A DNA stretch of 49,858 bases. Source: a virus. The stretch lies in the UHGV virus genome UHGV-0134932. One strand, given 5' to 3'. The notes under the pieces are model-generated. The model saw only the letters and a list, made by a program, of their open reading frames with translations, made no database searches and was not told the DNA's origin. Shown piece after piece: positions 44,179 to 49,858 of the stretch. The first letter of the stretch is position 1. Every line of letters begins with the position of its first letter. The position numbers and the translations under genes were made by a program.

Positions 44179-45906
44179 TTGTGTTTAAGGAAGAGTAAAT
44201 TGAGTAACTTACGCGAATACCAGAATCGTATTGCAGATATCGCAAAACGCTCTAAAGCTGTGCTTGGCTGGGCAAGCACTGCGCAGTTCGGTACTGATAA
44301 CCAATTCATTAAAGATGATGCCGCGCGTGCCGCATCTATCCTTGAAGCTGCACGTAAAGACCCGGTTTTTGCGGGTATCTCTGATAATGCCACCGCTCAA
44401 ATCGCTACAGCGTGGGCAAGTGCACTGGCTGACTACGCCGCAGCACATAAATCTATGCCGCGTCCGGAAATTCTGGCCTCCTGCCACCAGACGCTGGAAA
44501 ACTGCCTGATTGAGTCCACCCGCAATAGCATGGATGCCACTAATAAAGCGATGCTGGAATCCGTCGCAGCAGAGATGATGAGCGTTTCTGACGGTGTTAT
44601 GCGTCTGCCTTTATTCCTCGCGATGATCCTGCCTGTTCAGTTGGGGGCAGCTACCGCTGATGCGTGTACCTTCATTCCGGTTACGCGTGACCAGTCCGAC
44701 ATCTATGAAGTCTTTAACGTGGCAGGTTCCTCTTTTGGTTCTTATGCTGCTGGTGATGTTCTGGACATGCAATCCGTCGGTGTGTACAGCCAGTTACGTC
44801 GCCGCTATGTGCTGGTGGCAAGCTCCGATGGCACTAGCAAAACCGCAACCTTCAAGATGGAAGCCTTCGAAGGCCAGAATGTACCAATCCGAAAAGGTCG
44901 CACTAACATCTACGTTAACCGTATTAAGTCTGTTGTTGATAACGGTTCCGGCAGCCTACTTCACTCGTTTACTAATGCTGCTGGTGAGCAAATCACTGTT
45001 ACCTGCTCTCTGAACTACAACATTGGTCAGATTGCCCTGTCGTTCTCCAAAGCGCCGGATAAAGGCACTGAGATCGCAATTGAGACGGAAATCAATATTG
45101 AAGCCGCTCCTGAGCTGATCCCGCTGATCAACCACGAAATGAAGAAATACACCCTGTTCCCAAGTCAGTTCGTTATCGCGGCTGAGCACACGGTACAGGC
45201 GGCGTATGAAGCACAGCGTGAATTTGGTCTGGACCTGGGTTCCCTACAGTTCCGCACCCTGAAGGAATACCTGTCTCATGAACAGGATATGCTGCGTCTT
45301 CGCATCATGATCTGGCGCACTCTTGCGACCGACACCTTTGACATCGCTCTGCCGGTTAACCAGTCCTTTGATGTATGGGCAACCATCATTCGTGGCAAAT
45401 TCCAGACTGTATATCGCGACATTATTGAGCGCGTTAAATCTTCTGGTGCGATGGGGATGTTTGCTGGTGCTGATGCAGCATCTTTCTTCAAACAGTTGCC
45501 GAAGGATTTCTTCCAGCCAGCCGAAGACTATATCCAGACTCCGTATGTTCACTACATCGGTACCCTGTTCGGTAACGTGAAAGTGTACGAAGTACCTGCT
45601 GGTATTTGTAAGAACTTAACGACAGAGAACATTCAGTTCAGCTCGATGGATGTGCTGTGCTACGTCCGTGATGAAAATCCGGGTAAAGCAGGCTTCGTGA
45701 CTGGTGATGCTGTCCCGGCTATCCCGTTCCAGCATCCGACCACTCCGGCGCTGGTCAACCGTACCACACTGTGGGGTTCGGCTATCAACGATATGCACCC
45801 ACGCAACGGCGCTGATTACTTCACTCGTGTAACGCTGACAATGGCCAAAAAAGGCGGGCTTAACTTTATAAGCGGCGACACGATTGATGCCGGTGACTCT
45901 GAGTAA
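44179..45906 (+). CDS. Putative major head protein precursor (P1 gene 23-like); likely TTG start at 44200 after AAGGAAGAG
   Basis: 575-aa ORF next to parS; assignment by position and size only. Confidence 0.45.
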   Translation: MCLRKSKLSNLREYQNRIADIAKRSKAVLGWASTAQFGTDNQFIKDDAARAASILEAARKDPVFAGISDNATAQIATAWASALADYAAAHKSMPRPEILASCHQTLENCLIESTRNSMDATNKAMLESVAAEMMSVSDGVMRLPLFLAMILPVQLGAATADACTFIPVTRDQSDIYEVFNVAGSSFGSYAAGDVLDMQSVGVYSQLRRRYVLVASSDGTSKTATFKMEAFEGQNVPIRKGRTNIYVNRIKSVVDNGSGSLLHSFTNAAGEQITVTCSLNYNIGQIALSFSKAPDKGTEIAIETEINIEAAPELIPLINHEMKKYTLFPSQFVIAAEHTVQAAYEAQREFGLDLGSLQFRTLKEYLSHEQDMLRLRIMIWRTLATDTFDIALPVNQSFDVWATIIRGKFQTVYRDIIERVKSSGAMGMFAGADAASFFKQLPKDFFQPAEDYIQTPYVHYIGTLFGNVKVYEVPAGICKNLTTENIQFSSMDVLCYVRDENPGKAGFVTGDAVPAIPFQHPTTPALVNRTTLWGSAINDMHPRNGADYFTRVTLTMAKKGGLNFISGDTIDAGDSE

Positions 45907-45966
45907 TCACGGGAAGTTATCCGTTTAACATAGCGCCCCCGTGCGGGGCGCATAACAGGGAAAGTT

Positions 45967-47556
45967 ATGTCTCAATATTCAATTCAACAGTCATTAGGTA
46001 ATGCATCCGGCGTCGCGGTTAGCCCGATCAATGCCGATGCGACGTTATCTACCGGTGTTGCATTAAATAGCAGCTTATGGGCTGGTATTGGCGTATTTGC
46101 GCGTGGCAAGCCGTTTACTGTTCTTGCGGTTACTGAGTCCAATTACGAAGATGTTCTCGGCGAACCGCTGAAGCCGTCTTCCGGCTCACAGTTCGAACCA
46201 ATTCGCCATGTGTACGAAGCTATTCAGCAAACGTCTGGTTATGTTGTCCGTGCTGTTCCGGATGATGCGAAGTTCCCGATTATTATGTTCGATGAATCAG
46301 GCGAACCGGCTTACAGTGCGTTGCCATACGGTTCTGAAATTGAACTTGATAGCGGCGAAGCCTTTGCTATCTACGTTGATGATGGTGATCCGTGTATTTC
46401 ACCTACCCGTGAGTTAACCATCGAAACGGCAACAGCGGACAGCGCGAGTAATGAACGCTTCATCTTAAAACTGACCCAGACGACTTCGCTTGGTGTGGTA
46501 ACGACCCTGGAGACACACACTGTGTCTTTGGCGGAAGAAGCGAAAGATGACATGGGCCGCTTGTGTTATCTGCCTACGGCTCTGGAAGCTCGTTCTAAAT
46601 ATCTGCGCGCGGTTGTTAATGAAGATCTGATTTCTACAGCGAAAGTAACAAACAAAAAATCGTTGGCGTTCACTGGTGGTACCAACGGTGATCAGTCGAA
46701 AATCTCAACCGCTGCGTACCTGCGTGCGGTGAAAGTGCTGAACAATGCGCCGTACATGTACACCGCTGTTCTTGGCCTGGGCTGCTATGACAATGCGGCT
46801 ATCACCGCATTAGGTAAAATCTGTGCAGATCGCCTGATTGATGGCTTCTTTGATGTCAAACCGACATTAAGGTACGCAGAAGCACTAACAGCTGTTGAGG
46901 GTACCGGTTTACTTGGTACCGATTATGTAAGCTGTTCTGTCTATCACTACCCGTTCTCCTGCAAAGACAAATGGACCCAATCCCGTGTGGTCTTTGGTCT
47001 GTCTGGCGTGGCGTATGCGGCGAAAGCTCATGGCGTCAAGAAAAACTCTGATGTCGGCGGTTGGCATTACTCACCGGCTGGTGAAGAACGTGCCGTCATT
47101 GCTCGTGCGTCAATTCAACCGCTGTATCCGGAAGATACCCCGGACGAAGAAGCAATGGTCAAGGGCCGTCTCAATAAAGTATCTGTTGGCACCTCTGGCC
47201 AGATGATCATCGACGATGCTTTAACTTGCTGCACGCAGGATAACTATCTGCACTTCCAGCACGTCCCATCCCTGATGAATGCAATCAGCCGTTTCTTTGT
47301 CCAGTTAGCCCGACAGATGAAGCATAGCCCGGACGGTATTACTGCGGCTGGCCTGACTAAAGGGATGACCAAACTTTTAGATCGCTTTGTCGCCTCCGGC
47401 GCTCTGGTGGCTCCTCGTGATCCCGATGCTGACGGTACAGAACCGTATGTGCTGAAAGTTACGCAGGCGGAATTCGATAAATGGGAAGTAGTCTGGGCCT
47501 GCTGCCCGACTGGCGTAGCCCGTCGTATCCAGGGCGTACCGCTGCTTATTAAGTAA
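45967..47556 (+). CDS. Putative contractile tail sheath protein (P1 gene 22-like)
   Basis: 529 aa; size and position; weak pattern resemblance to myovirus sheath proteins. Confidence 0.45.
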   Translation: MSQYSIQQSLGNASGVAVSPINADATLSTGVALNSSLWAGIGVFARGKPFTVLAVTESNYEDVLGEPLKPSSGSQFEPIRHVYEAIQQTSGYVVRAVPDDAKFPIIMFDESGEPAYSALPYGSEIELDSGEAFAIYVDDGDPCISPTRELTIETATADSASNERFILKLTQTTSLGVVTTLETHTVSLAEEAKDDMGRLCYLPTALEARSKYLRAVVNEDLISTAKVTNKKSLAFTGGTNGDQSKISTAAYLRAVKVLNNAPYMYTAVLGLGCYDNAAITALGKICADRLIDGFFDVKPTLRYAEALTAVEGTGLLGTDYVSCSVYHYPFSCKDKWTQSRVVFGLSGVAYAAKAHGVKKNSDVGGWHYSPAGEERAVIARASIQPLYPEDTPDEEAMVKGRLNKVSVGTSGQMIIDDALTCCTQDNYLHFQHVPSLMNAISRFFVQLARQMKHSPDGITAAGLTKGMTKLLDRFVASGALVAPRDPDADGTEPYVLKVTQAEFDKWEVVWACCPTGVARRIQGVPLLIK

Positions 47557-47565
47557 GGGAATACA

Positions 47566-48381
47566 ATGAGCAAAAACTTTTTTCAATCCGGGGCATTTTT
47601 GGGGAATGGACTGTCCCGTTTCGCTTTGAACTCTGATCCTGTGCAGCTGATGGAGTCTGCCCGAGCAAGCGCCGAACCGCCAACAGATCCGGTTATTAAT
47701 AATAATCCGGAACCGGCGGCACAGACTAACGATAATGTTCCATCTGATCCGGCTCCTGAGCAAATCCTGGAAGGGAAAGATGGTAAAGAATGGACCGTCG
47801 AACAGGCGCACCAGATGATTCTGGAAGCTGCAAATCGAAGTGCTATGCAGAATGCGTTGAGTGATGCGGCCGACGCCGTTTTCTCCTGGGCTGATAGCGG
47901 TGATCTGACTTTCGACTCCCTTGATGGTTTCGTTCAGGCTATCGCTGGTATCTCTGATGACGACGACTCCGAAGTTACAGAAGAACAGGACGATGCCTAT
48001 AACGAAGCATGGGCAAATGTTGCTGACTTCCTCGCAGCATGCGGTGTAGATGATGACCTGATCGAAGCACTGGCTGACGATGAAGACGACGACGCTGCTG
48101 CTGATGTTGGTGCCTCTATCGCTGGTTTAGATAGCGACGACCGCGACGAACTGGAAGCGGCGTTTGTTGTTGCTGGCACTTCTGATGAAATGCTGACTGA
48201 AGCATTTAAGAAGGTTGTTCGTAACGGTGAGATCAAACTCATCCGTAAACGCCTGCGTAAAAAACGTCTGACTGCGGCTCAAAAATCGGCGCTGAAAAAA
48301 GCGCGTCGAAAAGCCCAGACCGGCGCGGCAAAACTTGCCCGCAAAAAGTCAATGAAACTGCGCCGTAAGCGCCTTGGCTAA
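47566..48381 (+). CDS. Acidic protein with highly basic C-terminal tail
   Basis: 271-aa ORF; D/E-rich body, C-terminal KKARRKAQTGAAKLARKKSMKLRRKRLG. Confidence 0.5.
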   Translation: MSKNFFQSGAFLGNGLSRFALNSDPVQLMESARASAEPPTDPVINNNPEPAAQTNDNVPSDPAPEQILEGKDGKEWTVEQAHQMILEAANRSAMQNALSDAADAVFSWADSGDLTFDSLDGFVQAIAGISDDDDSEVTEEQDDAYNEAWANVADFLAACGVDDDLIEALADDEDDDAAADVGASIAGLDSDDRDELEAAFVVAGTSDEMLTEAFKKVVRNGEIKLIRKRLRKKRLTAAQKSALKKARRKAQTGAAKLARKKSMKLRRKRLG

Positions 48382-48416
48382 AGGAGGAGGCCGGAGAACT
48401 CCGGCCTTTAACTTGA

Positions 48417-48998
48417 ATGGCACCTATACCTTATGGGGTTTACAGCCAGGCTGACGGTGTATCGCCATTTCTGAAAGTTACTTTAACGAACTCTCAGTAC
48501 CAGGTTACCGGATATATCAGCCAGGGGGCAGCAATGAACATGGCCCAGAATTGGGAAGCGCCGTTTACCGGTATGTCCATGGGGTCTGTTGCTGGTGCTT
48601 TCAGTGGTTTTGCGCAGGTTGGTACTGAAACAACGTCGGTGGCCCGTTGGAACAGCTTAATGGTTTGGGAGGGGGGAACACCGCCGACTTTCACGCTGCC
48701 AGTAACTTTCATCGCTTTGTTTGACCCATTCACGGAGGTTTCAGGAGCTATCGCCGCATTGTCAGCGATGATTAGCCCGGAACTTAAAGATGCCAGCATT
48801 GGTGGTCGAATCCCGGAGCGTGTGACGCTAAACATTGGTCGCCGGATCAACATCATTGATGTCGCTATCCAGGACATAAGTTTCGATCTCGATGCGCCCA
48901 GGGACAGCAATGGGCATTTCCTGAAAAACACCGTCAACCTCCAGTTGACCGGTTCTTCGATATATAACAGCTCCGATATTGTTCGGGCGTTCCAGTAA
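48417..48998 (+). CDS. Putative tail tube protein (P1 gene 21-like)
   Basis: 193 aa; size and position next to the sheath candidate. Confidence 0.4.
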   Translation: MAPIPYGVYSQADGVSPFLKVTLTNSQYQVTGYISQGAAMNMAQNWEAPFTGMSMGSVAGAFSGFAQVGTETTSVARWNSLMVWEGGTPPTFTLPVTFIALFDPFTEVSGAIAALSAMISPELKDASIGGRIPERVTLNIGRRINIIDVAIQDISFDLDAPRDSNGHFLKNTVNLQLTGSSIYNSSDIVRAFQ

Positions 48999-49009
48999 AA
49001 GGATCTTAT

Positions 49010-49519
49010 ATGGGGCACAATAACACTAAGGGAAACCGTAAATTTATTAAGGGCCGCTATACTGCCAACGCGGCCAAAGGCGAACGACTGGTATCTTCTG
49101 AATTCCAGCTCACTTTTGCAGGCTATGAAGATATCAGTGTACTTGTTCGTACGTCGCAAATCCCTGAAATGACTCGCGAGGATGTGGAGGACTATGGTCC
49201 GAATGGTGTGAAGTTCAACCAGCACGGTCCAATTCGAAACTCTGGGGAAATCCAGGTTCAGTGCGTGGAGACTATCGAAGGCGATATTCTTCAGTTCATT
49301 AAGGATCGCATTGCGGCGAAGGACTATGTTGATATCACGATGGCTGCTACCCCTGAATCCAAATCTTCCGGGGTTAACGCTGTGACAAAAGCTGCTACAA
49401 CAATTGAAATGTTGGACTGCAAAATCTACAGTGATGCAATCGACTTTAGTACCGAAGATGTGACTGCCGCTGTGCGCCCGTCACTTCGTATCGTCTACAA
49501 CTGGATTGAGTGGGATTAA
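49010..49519 (+). CDS. Hypothetical structural-block protein
   Basis: 169-aa ORF followed by a strong terminator. Confidence 0.5.
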   Translation: MGHNNTKGNRKFIKGRYTANAAKGERLVSSEFQLTFAGYEDISVLVRTSQIPEMTREDVEDYGPNGVKFNQHGPIRNSGEIQVQCVETIEGDILQFIKDRIAAKDYVDITMAATPESKSSGVNAVTKAATTIEMLDCKIYSDAIDFSTEDVTAAVRPSLRIVYNWIEWD

Positions 49520-49538
49520 GAGTCATCCCTTGTATTTT

Positions 49539-49564
49539 AAAGCTCCTTCGGGAGCTTTTTTATT
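49539..49564 (+). terminator. Rho-independent terminator
   Basis: aaagctccttcgggagcttt hairpin followed by tttttatttgg. Confidence 0.6.
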
Positions 49565-49623
49565 TGGAGAGGAAAGGGTGCATTGAGGATACCTGACACA
49601 CGAAGAGTGGCGGGGATCTCTCC

Positions 49624-49858
49624 CATAAGCGCTAACTTAAGGGTTGTGGTATTACGCCTGATATGATTTAACGTGCCGATGAATTACTCTCACGATAACT
49701 GGTCAGCAATTCTGGCCCATATTGGTAAGCCCGAAGAACTGGATACTTCGGCACGTAATGCCGGGGCTCTAACCCGCCGCCGCGAAATTCGTGATGCTGC
49801 AACTCTGCTACGTCTGGGGCTGGCTTACGGCCCCGGGGGGATGTCATTACGTGAAGTC
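49624..49858 (+). mobile_element. Left end of an IS186-like (IS4 family) insertion sequence, truncated by the window edge
   Basis: Terminal repeat-like cataagcgctaacttaagggttg about 55 bp upstream of a transposase start; preceded by GC-rich ggcggggatctccc. Confidence 0.7.
49679..49858 (+). CDS. IS186-type transposase, N-terminal 60 codons (partial)
   Basis: MNYSHDNWSAILAHIGKPEELDTSARNAGALTRRREIRDAATLLRLGLAYGPGGMSLREV. Confidence 0.7.
   Translation, partial: MNYSHDNWSAILAHIGKPEELDTSARNAGALTRRREIRDAATLLRLGLAYGPGGMSLREV

Overview
This window reads as a contiguous stretch of a P1-family phage-plasmid, mostly in reverse orientation relative to the usual P1 map. All calls are from reading the sequence and the ORF track; no database search was run, and P1 gene names rest on my recollection of P1 biology. 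Recognisable backbone, left to right: ref (HNH), cre with loxP (exact 34-bp site at 2692-2725), immC (coi, c1, operator 17-mers), pacB/pacA with the hexamer-flanked pac site inside pacA, lpa, phd/doc, humD, hot, morphogenesis genes including a gpV-like baseplate spike, the ban operon with three tRNAs and a TerB (tciA-like) gene, dmt (fused C5/N6A methyltransferase), an RdgC-like hrdC, the oriR/incC-repA-incA plasmid replicon, parA/parB/parS, and head, sheath and tube genes. About 15 matches to the C1 operator consensus ATTGCTCTAATAAATTT sit at operon boundaries. Content I could not place in the P1 backbone, or that deserves a second look: (1) a c4-like RNA/icd/ant immunity module between pacB and c1; (2) a type IC hsdM-hsdS-hsdR cargo whose hsdS carries three tandem 12-bp TAEL repeats; (3) a C1-operator-proximal 28-codon hydrophobic peptide gene; (4) two uncharacterised C1-controlled operons (small protein + coiled-coil protein + HAD phosphatase; GT-A-like + Ser/Thr phosphatase + two paralogous GSGPS proteins) next to a VRR-NUC/TraR pair; (5) structured repeats and a degenerate tRNA-like element among the tRNAs; (6) an IS186-like element starting at the right edge. 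I cannot tell from memory whether the operons in (4) are P1 upf/pmg backbone genes or lineage-specific cargo; the strongest candidates for a genuinely undescribed system are those two operons and the small peptide gene.
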